Shown: piece by piece, positions 35,108 through 47,875 of the stretch
How the letters are laid out: each line of letters opens with the position of its first letter
Numbering within the stretch: the first letter of the stretch is position 1
Origin: Mantamonas sphyraenae STR306
Taxonomy: Eukaryota; Protista; CRuMs
Direction of reading: 5' to 3'
NCBI GenBank assembly: GCA_026936335.1
Contig: JAPMXV010000035.1
Location: forward strand, 248,001-312,000
Length of the DNA: 64,000 bases
Translations under genes and position numbers: made by a program
The notes under the pieces: model-generated
What the model was told of the DNA's origin: nothing
The model's input: only the letters and a program-made list of their open reading frames with translations
The model's database searches: none

Positions 35108-38100
35108 ATGTTTGCCGGCATCGTTGCCAATGTTCTCAAGGACAAACTCAGCGGCGTCATCTCGGAGATGCAGCTGAACCAGTTGCATGTCGGTCTGGCC
35201 AAAGGTGAGTTGTGCTGTTGTGATTTCACTCACCCAGCTTCACCTCCGAAAGTTTTCTCCCTGCTTACACAGCCATGCATTCCCCATGCCCTCTCCACCA
35301 CAGGAAACGTCGTATTGCGTGATTTGGCAATCCGCAACGACGTCCTCGACTCTCTGGGTCTGCCCATCACTGTGAAATACGGTGCGTTTTCGGCCATTTC
35401 CAGGTTGTGCCGCCGCACTCCCCTCTGCTTACGCTCAGTGTCGTTCTGCGACCATGTCGCCCCATCCACCGTGTGTGTCGTGCATCATAGGACTCATCAC
35501 TAAACTGCAGATCAAGTTCAACATGAGCCGCCTGCTCTCCGAGTCAGTCAAGGTGGAGATTTCCCAGGTGCTCCTTGTTCTCGGTCCGTGCGACCTCGAC
35601 GAGAAGGAATACAAGAAACGAGAGGCCAAACGCAAGAAGGCAGAACTGCAGGCTGCCGAGCAAGCGCGCATCGATGCAAACACAGGTAAGTAAACGCGCA
35701 GCCAGGCACGAGCACACGCTGTCGCCAAGTCCTCCGATCTCCCGTCCCGTCGGTGCTCACACCGCTCCCTCACGGACGCGCAGTGAAAGAATACGACGAA
35801 TCCTTCCTCGCACGCATTACCACAAGCATTGTGGACAACATCCAATTCAGCATCGAGGATGTGCACATCCGCTACGAGGACGGCGTCTCGTCACCCGAGC
35901 GTGACTTTGCCTGCGGCCTCACGCTCGACAAGCTGGTCATCCAGTCCACAGATGCAGGGTGGAAGCCCACATACAATCGCACCAACAGCACCATCATCCA
36001 CAAAGTCGTGGAAATGCGCCACTTTTCAATTTACTGGGACACAAAGGTCGTCCTCTCGGACGGCGAACACAACAAGTTTGATCTCCTTGCTGCCGTATGT
36101 TCCACCCGCGCCGCCCCTGCGTTCTCCCAACTCCAATTGGAGTCCCATCCCTGCTCACGCACCCTCGCAACCCCACCACGCCCTTGCAGATCCCTCGCGA
36201 CGGTGCCATTGTGCCGCACCAGTACATTCTGCTGCCTGTGGACGCCCTCGTGCGTCTACGGCTGCATAAAGAGCAGCACGTGGACGACGGCGAGCCACGT
36301 ATGCAGGTGACGCTGCAGTTTGAGCAGGTGGCCTTTGCTGTGGAGGAGCACCAGTTCCGTGACATGCGCAACATGGTCTGGTACCTGAACCAGGCCTATC
36401 CGCGTCGCATGCTTCACCACTACACACAGTACAAGCCGTCCATCAACGACGTGCCTGGACGCAAGCCAGCACTGCAAATGTGGGAATACGCAAGCCAGGC
36501 TGTGCTCCACACCGTGCGGGAGAAGCAGCAGGAACGAGCCAATTTTCTCATCCGTGCCCAGCAGGCCCACGCAGACTGCAAAGAGTATGTGCAGCTGTAC
36601 AGCACTCGCCTTGTTGAGGCAGAGTCCATGAGTGAAGACAAACGTGTACGCCAGGCCAATCTCGAGCATGAGCTCAGCGTCGATGTCGTGCTACGCCTGC
36701 GTGAGGTGGCTGAGCAGCGTGCAAAGACTATCCTGCAACAGCGTGGCCAGGTGCTCTTTCAACAGAACCCACAGACCTCTGTCGGCTGGCTCGGCTGGAT
36801 GTGGAGCAGTAGCGATCGCGGAGGCCTTACAGACGCCGAGCGCAAACAACTGTTTTCCGACATCCAGTACACGCCCAAGCAGTCGCTGAACAAACTCAGT
36901 GACGAATTGGATGACGAGGATGACCAAGACGAGTATGTCATGGTCGACAACTTGCAGCAGTCGCAGCTGCTGCTCACCTTTCAGATCAACCGCGGCTCCT
37001 TCACCCTCAAGTGCAACGAGGTGCCTCGCAGGCGCGACTTGGTCAAACTTGACTTTAAGGAGTTCCGTATGACTGCAGAAAAGGCTGGTCGAGCTGCTCT
37101 CAACTTCACCTGCAGCTTGAAGCACCTCAAGATCAAGGACCTGTACACATCATCGACTCGCTACGCCCACCTCATGTATCCCAAGAATCTTTGGAGCAGG
37201 AGATCGCGGTCAAGGACATCCCGATTTGGCTCGGACAGCTTCGCCGATGACGACGACGTCTCTGGGATGAGCAGCAGCGGCAGCAGCAACAGCAGCGGCG
37301 TGGGTGGCAGCTCTTCGTCGTCATCTTCATCGTCTTCATCATCATCGTCGAGCACACTCACAGAAAGCTCGTCGTTGTCCTCCATGTCCTCGTGGGGCAT
37401 GGGTGACGGAGGGTCGTCGGGAGGCAGCGACCCGGAGTTGTTTGTGCTCGCCGCGAGCTACAATCCAGACGCGGACGTGCAACTGGATCTCACCGTGTAT
37501 ATGGCACCCATGGTGGTTGTGTACAACCAGCTGCTGCTCAACCGGGTGCGCACTTTCTTCGACACTGGCGCGGACGGCGCCGAAGTCGTCAACCTGGAGA
37601 GTGCCCTCATGGCCAAGCGGCTGCGTTCCATCATGGACCAAATGCGCGACTCTGTGCGTGGTTCAGAGGACGGTTCGAGCAATGAGAGCGACCTGGCCGA
37701 ACGCAAGCACCTGGCGGAACGCAAAAAGTTTATCATTGCCTTTGAGAAGCACACGACGATCAACCTGGACATGACTGTGTTTGCACCCGTGATCATTGTG
37801 CCCGAGGACTGCACACAAGACCAGGGGGTCACCCTTATGGTCGATCTGGGCCAGTGCACAGGTCGCAGCTTCCTGTCGGACCAGTTGTCGGGCGACGGCC
37901 ACGAGTCACCCTGGGTCAAGACTGTGGCCAAAGACCTGCAAGCCAAGGCGGAATCGACCACAGGAGGCAAGGGTGGCAGCGGACGGGGCCGCACAAAGGG
38001 CGGCGAGTCGCCTTCCAACGCGAACAAGCTGTACGACGTGTTTGTGTTTCAAATTTCTGATATCGAAGTCCTGCTGATGAATCCACAGGATGTGGCTACG

Positions 38101-39405
38101 TGGAGACGCACACGGCGCAAGCCGACAGGGTGCAACCTGGTCGATCGCGTCCAACTGGATGTGCTCGTTCAGCTGTCCATGTTGCCCATGGATCCCAACT
38201 ACTTCCAGGTCAAGGTCACCGGTGCCATGTCCGACCTCAACATGCACCTTAGCTTCAAGCAGTACCGCAACTTGCAACGTCTCATTGCCACGCTGGGTGA
38301 ACAGGCCAGCCGCGTCGAGCGTCGGCCGCGCAGACAGGCACCCGTAGGAGGCTACGCCTTGCACGGGGGTCGTCGCATGAGCTATTCTCTGGACTCGGGG
38401 GAGCTTGTGTCCCCCCGCACGGTGGCCGGTGGGGCCGCAGGCAGGTCCTCGGGCAGCGGCTGGGAATCGGTGTCTGATCTTAACAGCCCGGGCTCTGCCA
38501 ACTCCTCCGGCATGTTTGGGTTCATGCGCTCCTCCGACGATACACTGGGCATGTCGTCGGTGTCGTCGTCGTCGATGGCCTCGTTGCAGGTGCAGGACCA
38601 CCGTGGATCCGGTTTGCACGAGCCCGCACCACGCATCCGCGGAAGCGCCCATCTGGAGGAGGACATCCTAGAGGAGGACAGGCACCGAAGGCTGCTGCGA
38701 GTACGCTTTCATGTCGACTCCATGAGCTTGGACTTGCGCGTGATGGACAAGAAACGCGGGCGCAGGCAGCCCCTCATCCAGGTGCAACTTGCCAAGCTGA
38801 AAGCCAGCTACGACGCGTATTCGCTGTACACGCGCGCCACCGCCACCTTGGACAGTCTCGTCATCGAGGATTTGTACCAGACCCGTGGTAACGAGTTCCA
38901 GTTTCTCGCCACGAGCATGGTGCCGTCGCTTCAGAGCAACGAGCTGATCAAGGTCACCTTTCAGGAGTTCCGAAAGGGGTCGCCAAAGTGGAAGACTGAA
39001 TTCAAGGGCAGTGTGCAAAAGGCCATCGATGTGGAGCTGTGCACGCTGCATCTCAACTACAACCGCTACACCATCGGTGCCGTGATCGACTTTTTCAACG
39101 CACCCGTCGACGTCGACAAGGCTGCTCCCGCAACCGTCACCGCGTCTGGCGCAACAGACGCTTCAAAACCCCTGGTTGGCACCTCAGATTCGTCCTCCAC
39201 AGGCGCAGGGGGTGTGGATGGCGATGCTGATGTCGACATGGGCACTGATCCGCTTGACTCGTCGGACATGGCGGGAAGGGACAACGCAGACGGAGGCACA
39301 GGCGGCACGGCGTCCTCTACGTACTTGAGTGTGCACAGAAGCAACCGCAGTGAATCGACAGACACAGAGTATATGCATGGCAGTGTGCCCCTTTTGGAAA
39401 CGGCA

Positions 39406-39437
<32 letters not shown>

Positions 39438-42400
39438 CGGAGGACGAGCTTCACCCAACCCGGCTGTGGGGGGAGCAGGTGGAGCGGGTCCAACTGGCAC
39501 CAGCGCATCTGCGCAAGGCGAACAAGAGACAAAGGTCAGCGTCTCCTTCCGCACGCTCGAGGTGTCGCTGAACTACGAGGATGTCGGCCGCAAGCTGGCG
39601 TTGATCTATGCGCGCGGGCTTGTCGGACGCTATACCATGCGCTGCGACAGCACCGTCAAGGTTGACGGCTCGCTTCAGTCGTTGGGTATCACTGACCTGT
39701 CCAGGAAGGACAGCGAATATGAAAACATCCTGTCGCCGCCTGCGAGGCAGACAGGTTCGTTGATCCAGTTCCGCTACGAGACGTTCCTGCAGAACATCAA
39801 CTACCCAGGCCACGACTCGCACCTGTACCTTCAGACGACAGAGGTGCGTTTGGTGTATCTGCATCGCTTCATCGCCGAGATGAGCAGTTACTTTTCCGAA
39901 ACCGGCACCCAGCACGCCGTGTTTGAGGACGTGTACGGCAGTGCAGTTGCAGCTGTGAAGAAAGAAACAAGCCACAAGCTCTTCAAGTGGCGCGTGGAAA
40001 TGGAGTCACCTCTCATCGTGCTGCCAGAGTCGTCGACATCGTACGATGTCCTTGTCGCCGATCTGGGTCGCATCGAGGTGGAAAACGATTTTCTGCAAGA
40101 GCACGACGAGAATGTGGCGGAAACAATCATTTCGGCCAATGCCATGCGTTTGCGTACGTCACTGGACGGCAGCGAGCGCTTCCTGACCAACCAAGTGAAC
40201 GTGTCTGTGGCGCTCAAGTCGATCAGCCCAGCGCCGCATGTGAGCAGGCTGGGCGACGAAGATGAAGCGGACGTGGCGCAAGAGCGCTCGTTGACGGAAG
40301 TGGAAATCGATCCGGTCATCGTCAGCTTGAGCCAGCAGCAGTACGAGTTGGTGCGGTCAATTGTGACGCACAACTTTGAAGAGAAGCCGAGCATGGGTGT
40401 CGACGTAGAGGACAACGACAAACGAGACACAGAGGGGGACGAGCGTAGCAGGCGCAGAGAGTCCAATGCGTCCATGCAGGTTCCTCCGTCGCCTCGTGCC
40501 GCTGCGCTTAGCAATCCGGTGTGCAGCCAGATGGACCTCAAGGTGAAGAAGCTGGATTTCAAGTTTTTCGGAGACGTGGAACAGCAGGACCCAGTGGTGA
40601 ACATGGTGGTGATGGACCTGGAGGTGCACCAATTTGCACGGTTGGACACGTCCACGGAGCTGCACTTTGCCGTGCACACATTTCAGCTGTTTGACGTGGC
40701 TCGCAACACATGGACAAACAACGGGGCCAACAACAGCCAGCTCAAGCAGTTGATTGGACCAGGCGAGCCGGTTTGGGACGGCGCATCGCCGCCCCTGAAT
40801 CCGTCGCGTACACCGCAGCTTCAATTCATCCAGCACGTGAGCGCCGATGGTGACGTGGACGTGGATGTGCAACTGGATAGGCTTCGCATCATTGTAGTCC
40901 CCGAGGCCATCAATGCGATGGTGGACTTTTTCGGGCGAAGCCAAGTGGAGTTGAGTGTGTCCTCGGCGTCGTCGGTGACCGGGGAGGAGGAGCCGCTGGG
41001 GAGCTTGAGCGCAGAGCAGGACAGCAGTGGACAGGAGATTGCTGGTCTGCTGGGCATGGACGGCGAGCTGGAACAAAGTTTGGAGCTGAACGAATCGATG
41101 TACAGCGAGTTTGATCCGGAGATGGCGCTGTATCTGGACGACACGGCTGCCGATGTGGACGACGACGTGAGGAGCGACCCCACGGCAAAGGTGAGTGCCA
41201 AATTGGGCACTGGAGGAGGAGGGGGAGGTGTAGACGGAGGGGATGGCGCTGGAAGCGGAGGCAAGGTCACGGTGGGTTCGGGTGATGTCGATGCGAAACG
41301 CAACCTGAAGGCCCATGTGTCCATCCGCGAGCCAGAAGTGTGGCTTGTGCAGGACATGGTCGAGTCGACGGTTTTGGTGCTGAAGACATCACTTCAGCTG
41401 GAGTATGAGCAGTGTGCAGAAGAAGGTGTGAGCATGAGTGCCGAAGCCCAACAGCTCGGGGTGTTCATTTATCGCTTTGTCAACCTGAACATGAGTGGAC
41501 AGGGGGTTGGAAATGGAGGCAATAGCAGCGATGGCGGTGGTGGCATGCGTGGCTCATCCAGTGGAAGCACGGTGGCATCGGAACGTAGCGAACGAGGGCG
41601 AACGGCAGCGACACGGATGTCCGCGACCTCGACACCGCTTCACCGCAGCGAGGTGGGCTTCCAGCGCAACGTTGACGGAGCTGGCGTGGGAGGAAGCAGC
41701 AACGCTTTCCAAGGAAGTAGCAGCATGATGCTGCAGAGCGTGGGTCGAGCGGCAAACTCATCCCGGTCCGGGTCGCCGTTCCGCTCGGTACGTCCACGCT
41801 ACCAGCGCAAGTCGGCCACATCTGCAGTGACGCTTGTGTGTGACCATTATATCTTGCAGCCGTTTGATGCCCGTCTGGAGTTCCATACAGGAGCACGGTC
41901 CGAGTCGCTGCTCAAATCGATTGCTGACCTGGAGCGAGGCGAGCGTGCTGGCATGGAGGTGGGCGATGCAGACACGTCTGCACAGGTACTGGACGCAGAT
42001 GTGGAACGGTGTGCAGGCGTTGTGCGTATGGACCCGATCCTCCTGCGGATGTCCTTCAACGATCTTCAGATGTGCATGAAGATCTCCGAACAACTGGCAG
42101 CCCTGCAGCTCGGCGGCGAGTCGACCGACGAGGGACAGGAGAGCAGACGAAGCAGCAGCAGCGGCAGCGGGGCAGTGGTGATCAAGAGTGCAGACGCCAT
42201 CGGGATGCAAAAGTTTCGCGTCGAGCCGCAGAGCGTGCGACTGACGCTCGTGAACGACTCATTTGGGCAGGATACGCCACTGACAGAACTGCGTCTGTTC
42301 AACTTGGGTCTTCAGGTGGACGACTGGGACAGTTTGCTGATGATGGCCAAGGCACACGTGAGTCTGGAGATCGATTACCACAACTACGCCATTGTGATGT

Positions 42401-45400
42401 GGGAGCCGTTGGTGGAGCGATGGAGCGCAGAGGTGCAGGTGACGCGCCGGCCCCGACTGCATGTACAAGTGCGCAGCAACGACATGTTCAACGTCAACGT
42501 GAGCAAGGCAATGTTGGAGGCGATGCTGGACGTGATGGAGATCTGGCGCACCGACAGTGCGAGACGCAAACAGGCAGCGCTGACGAAAGAGGCACTGGAG
42601 TCGCACCAACTGAGCCGAAGCCTGTCGTTGGACTCCATGTCTGTGATTTCCATGGATCGAGTGTCGTCTACAGCGCGTGCGCTGCCCGGAGTGTTGCGCA
42701 CGGCGCGGGAGTTTTTCCCGTACCGGCTGCACAACGACACGGGCCAGCGCATGCACTACGAGCTGGAAGGCTTGGTTGGAGATCTGGAGGCAGGAGAACA
42801 CAGGCCGATTCGACTGAAAGAGCAACAGCGTGACGAGCAGACGAGTTACAAACGAGCATCTCGAACAATGACGCTGTGGCTGTCTGGAGGAGGATGGGAA
42901 GCACAGCGCATGCGGGTTCCGATCAACGTTGTGGGAACACGCGCGTTTGCTGTACGGCGTAGCAAGGCACCGGGAGACGTGAGCCGATCGCAGGAGGACG
43001 GACAGCAAGCTACGCTTGTGTGTGAGGTGACGTTCAAGGATGGATGTCGCACGGTGCAGCTGCGTTCTTCGGTGCTGGTGGTAAACAACACGGCCATGTC
43101 GTTGGATCTGATGGTCGTGAGCCCAAGCGAAGAGACAACGGGTGGAGCGGGTGGCATTTTGATGGGAGGCGGCGCGGGCGGCGGCGCAGTTTCTGTACGC
43201 AACAGCGCAGCAGACCGGCTGGAAGACATGCTGGAGCGGACGGGAGGCATGGTAGGCAGCGATGGCATGTGGGGAGCGATGGGAGACGAAGACAGTGCCA
43301 CTGTGGTGAGCGGACGCAGCCACGGAAGCGGCGGCCGTGGGGGTGGACGCGGAAGCAACAACAGCGCAAGCAGGGCGTCGTCACAACGTGGCCAACCGAA
43401 CGGAGGGGGCAGTGGGAGCAGTGGCAGCCCGAACGTGACTGTTTGTGTGGTGCACCCTGGCCAGGAGTACGCGCTGCCATTGCACCAAGCCTCTCGAGGC
43501 CAGCTTGTGCTTCGGCCAACATGGAATGGCACCCAGCACGTGCGGTACTACTGGGGTGTGGATCAGAACAACAACTTCTTCACCTGCATTCCGCAGCGAG
43601 AGGGCAAGCGGTCTCAGAGGGAGGAGCGGGCGGAGGACGGGGCGGCGGAGAACAGCAGCGAACGCGACGATGTGCCGCTTCGCTTTGTGGCCACTCGTGT
43701 GCAGGAGGTGCTGATGACACAGACAGGCCAGCTATCGCAGTACCGCATCACAGTGGACCCGCCGCTCATTTTCGAGAATCTGCTCGGCTGCAGTGTGGGC
43801 GTGGTGGTCGAAGACAGCCACAGCGGAGCCGTGGTGGAAAGGCAACTGAGTGCAGGGGAGCTGGCTTACGTGCACCAGATGGACTTGAACCACGACGTGC
43901 GCTTCCAGTTGGATATGCGTCCCAATTTCAAGCGCAGCGCGCCCGTGGCGCTGCACTCGTTTGAACGAGCCAGCGGCTTTGGTGGCAGACTGCTGGAGCA
44001 GGGGCTGGAAACGCATTCGACAACAGGCAGCAGTCCTCTGACCCTGCCCGATGCCGACGACGCGTCGAGTAGCAGCCGTGCACGCACACCCATGAGCAGA
44101 CGTTCTGCGCCCGCAGGCCTTTCGGTGGTGCACAAAGACCGTTCGACGGCGGTGCAAACGCTGCAAATGGTGGACCAGCACGGACGTGTGCTGCCAGTGA
44201 GTGTGGAGTTCAAATGGGTCAGCGAGGACATCCGTAAGCTGGTGTTCTACGTGCCGTACTGGATCATCAACAAAACGGGCGTGCGGCTGATGTACAAGCA
44301 GAAGCAACAACTCGGCCGAGACTATCTGGCAGCGGGTATGGACGATGCTGGGAGCTCCAGCCGCAAGGGAAGCGCGGCGGTCGTCGATGAAGAGGCCAAC
44401 GAAGCAACGGCTGCTGCCGCCGCTGCCGCTGCAACGACGTCCAACGCAAGCTCGAGTGAGGCAGTGGACGAGCCCAGCGGGGTGCTTCGGATGGAAGTGA
44501 ATCCACACGGGCTCAAGGCCTACGGGTTTGGCAGGTTTGCAGAGCCGTTTATGTATGCGTTTCCGAGCGAAGGGTTCACTCGTGGCCAGCTGAGCGTACG
44601 TACAACGGAGTCTCGGTGGTCGCCGGGTTTTGACATTGGGACAGTGGGGAGCATTGGGACGGTGTCTGTGCCGGACATGCACCGAACCAGCGGGTGCTAC
44701 GACATGGGCGTGACAGTGGGGCTGGCTGAGGGCAAGTTCAACCGCACCAAGGTGGTGACCATTGCACCTCGCTTTGTGCTGGTGAACTACACTGCGCGCA
44801 TGGTGGAATATCGCGAAGTGGACACCGACATGGTGCAGAGGCTGCCCGAGAATGTTCTCACGCCCTTGGTATGGCACAAGGAAGAAGGAGATCGCAGTAT
44901 GCTGCAATTCCGCTTTGGACGACGTACAAGTACACGCCAGCGACATCAGCAACGGACGGATGCGTCGCACCCGCAACGCGCGAGCGCGACGTCATCTTCA
45001 CTGGGGAACAACACGCAGGAAGCGCGCGGTAAACGAAACCATCGACCGTGGGCCAGTGGAGGGGAATCTAGCGAAGGCAGGTCTGAGGGAGTCGGTGCGG
45101 CGAGTGCGAGCGAGGACTCGGTGCTCGACGACGCATCCTGGCATGACGGGAGCGCGAAGGAGGAGAGGGTGGATGTGCACGACGTGGCCGTGGAGGACGA
45201 GGGGGATGCTGAGGAGGAAGAGGAGACGTGGCAGTGGTCGGGTGGCCTTTATGTGCACACGAGCGGAGAATTTGTGGTGAAGCTGCGTGGACGGGTGCAT
45301 GGAGAGGCGCAGATCTATATGATGCGAGCAGAGGTGAAGATGGACAATGCGACGATGCTAGTGGTGCTGCGAAAGGAACTGGAGGAAGTGCCGCCGTTCC

Positions 45401-47795
45401 GGATTGCCAATCGCACCACCGAGCCACTGGTGTACTACCAGAAGGGCAGCGAGGCAGACAAAGAACAATTGGAGCCTTTTGAGGAGCGCGCGTTTGCCTG
45501 GGATTACCCGAGTGCGACCAACAAGCGGCTTGTGATCGAGTTTGTGCGATGCAACCAACGGGCAGAGTATGCGTTGGACGCAATCACCGCGTTTCCTGCA
45601 ATGCTACTGCAACACAAAGACGGCGACTACCGCGTGTATTCGGAGGTGTACCCCGATGGACCCACGCGTGTGCTGCGCTTGTCGGACCCGCGCGTGCACA
45701 GCAGCGAGGCTGGCTGGAAGCGACGACAGCTGAGCGGCGCTGGCCTGGGCAACGGCCAGGGTGGCAACGGAGGAGGCGACTCGGGGGGAGGTCTGTTGAG
45801 CCAGGTGGGTCTTTTGGAGATGCGTTTTGGGGGCGTGGGTGTTTCAGTGCTGGATGGCCAACCTCGCGAGCTGCTGTACCTGTGTGTGAGCGACATCCGC
45901 GCGGCTGTGGGCAACCATGGCGAGAACCAAGTGCTGGAGTTGCAGGTGATGCGCGTGCAGATGGACAACCAGCTGGGCCAGACTGCGTTTCCGGTCGTGC
46001 TCACTGCGTACCGCAACCAGACCCCGTTTCTGGCCGTGTCTGCACTGCGCAAGCTGAGCAACTCGAGCATTCAGTACTTTCAGTACTTGCATGTAGAGCT
46101 GCAGGACATCGACTTGAAGCTGGACGAGGTGCTCTTGATGGAGCTGCTGGAGCTGTACAGCCAGCTTGATCTGGTTGGTGCGCAGGCGGCAGAAACGGGC
46201 ACATCCACATCGGGTGAATCCTCATCAGCGTCGGGCAGTGTGCTTGTGCCCTCGCAGGTGCTGGATCATAGCCAGAAGCTGTACTTTGAAGAACTGGTGA
46301 TCAGTCAGGTGACCATGATGCTGAGTTTCCAGGCGTCGACGCAGAACGTGGAGGAGCGCAATCCTGTGCGTGCGCTGATCAAAGCATTTGGGTTCACGTT
46401 GAAGAACGTCGAGGACTTTTCCATCACTCTGGACCGGGTGGTGATGAAGAATCCGTTTGTGACGCCCAAGCAGCTGCGCGAACAGCTTGTGCAGCGTTAC
46501 TATGAGCAAGTCTTCAACCAGTTGTTCCGCTTTGTGGAAATTCTGTTCAAGGTGTTTCTGCACGCCGATGCGCTGGGCAACCTGACGGTGCTCGTGAACA
46601 GCACGCTGCGAGGCGTGCGTTCGCTTGTCGTCCAGCCTGTGCGTGCGCTGCTGTACAATCCAGGCGGTCTTCCGCGTGCAGTGGTGCTGGGCGCTGTGGA
46701 TTTTGTGCGTCAGGTGACGTTTGGCAGCTTCAACACGGTGTGCAAACTGACGGCAGCGTGGGGCAAAGCAGTGGCCCTGCTTGCGTTTGACGACGTGTTT
46801 GTGCGCCATCAGGAAGAGGTTTGGCACACAAAAGCTGGCAATCTGAACGTGGTCATGGCTTCTGTCCGCTCGCTGAGCAACGGCATGCTGGACGCGCTGA
46901 CTGGTCTATGGCGTGTTCCTATGAGCCAGTACGATGGCTACGGCGTAGCAGGTTTCCTGGGTGGCCTTCTGATCGGTGCACTTGGCCTGGTCATCAAACC
47001 CGCAGCCGGAATGCTGGGCTTTGTGAGCAAACTGGCCGAGGTGCTGCGCAATCTGGCGATTGCGCCGGTGGTCCCGCAGCGTGTGCGTCCGCCACGCTTC
47101 ATTGGACCGGACAAAGTGCTGCGTCCATACCGGGAGGAGGATGTGATTGGACAGCGTGCTCTGCAGCTGCTGGAGAATGGACGATACACGCAGCTGGAGC
47201 GGTTCCAGGCGTACGAAGCAACAAGGGAGGGCAGCCGGGTGAATGAGGCAGTGCTGTTTACGGACAAGCACATGCTGGTGTTGGACAGAGACCGATTCAA
47301 CGTTTTGTGGAGCATCCCTCTGATGGATGTGCTGGAGGTGTGCGTGGATGAGGAGGACACATGTGCGGTGCGCGTGTTGCACATGGCCCCACGACGCAAA
47401 CTTGGCGCAGAGTTTGGAGCGCAGGCGGCGCACCCTCGGCGACGGCAACGGGCACGGCCATGGTGAGGCGGGCCACGGGGGGACGGGAGCAGGGATTGGG
47501 ACACACGGCGACAGAGATGTCTGACAGGGGCAGCCTTGCGCAGCCCGTGGAAGGTCTGTTCTTCTGGACGAGTGTGATCCGTGTGCGAGATTACGCGACT
47601 GCGTGCGGAGTGGTGGAGAAGTGCCTGATGGCATGGCAGCAGACGTCGCGTGTGGCGCTGGACGAGATCAAGGATCAGCGTGCCGTGCGTGTGGTCGACG
47701 GACGCGTCGTGCGTGTGTTTTTCAACAACGCCGAGATGCGTGATCCATCGCGTACCGTGCATCCAGCAAGTCCGTTTGTGTTTTCCAGGTTGTAA
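35108..47795 (+). CDS. VPS13: VPS13 bridge-like lipid transfer protein (~4,100 aa), four 5' introns, frame break(s) at 47400-47520
   Basis: Chorein-N (MFAGIVANVL...GLPITVKYG...IVDNIQFSIEDVHIRYED), WEPLVERW, VAB repeats (FYVPYWIINKTG, TKVVTIAPRFVLVN), ATG2_C-like region, RVRPPRFIG, and a PH-like end. Confidence 0.95.
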
Positions 47796-47875
47796 CGTGT
47801 GTGGAGTGGGAGAGGGATGTGGGAGAGTGCGCACGACAAGCAACAAATTCCTTTCTCCATCGCATAACGCAACGC

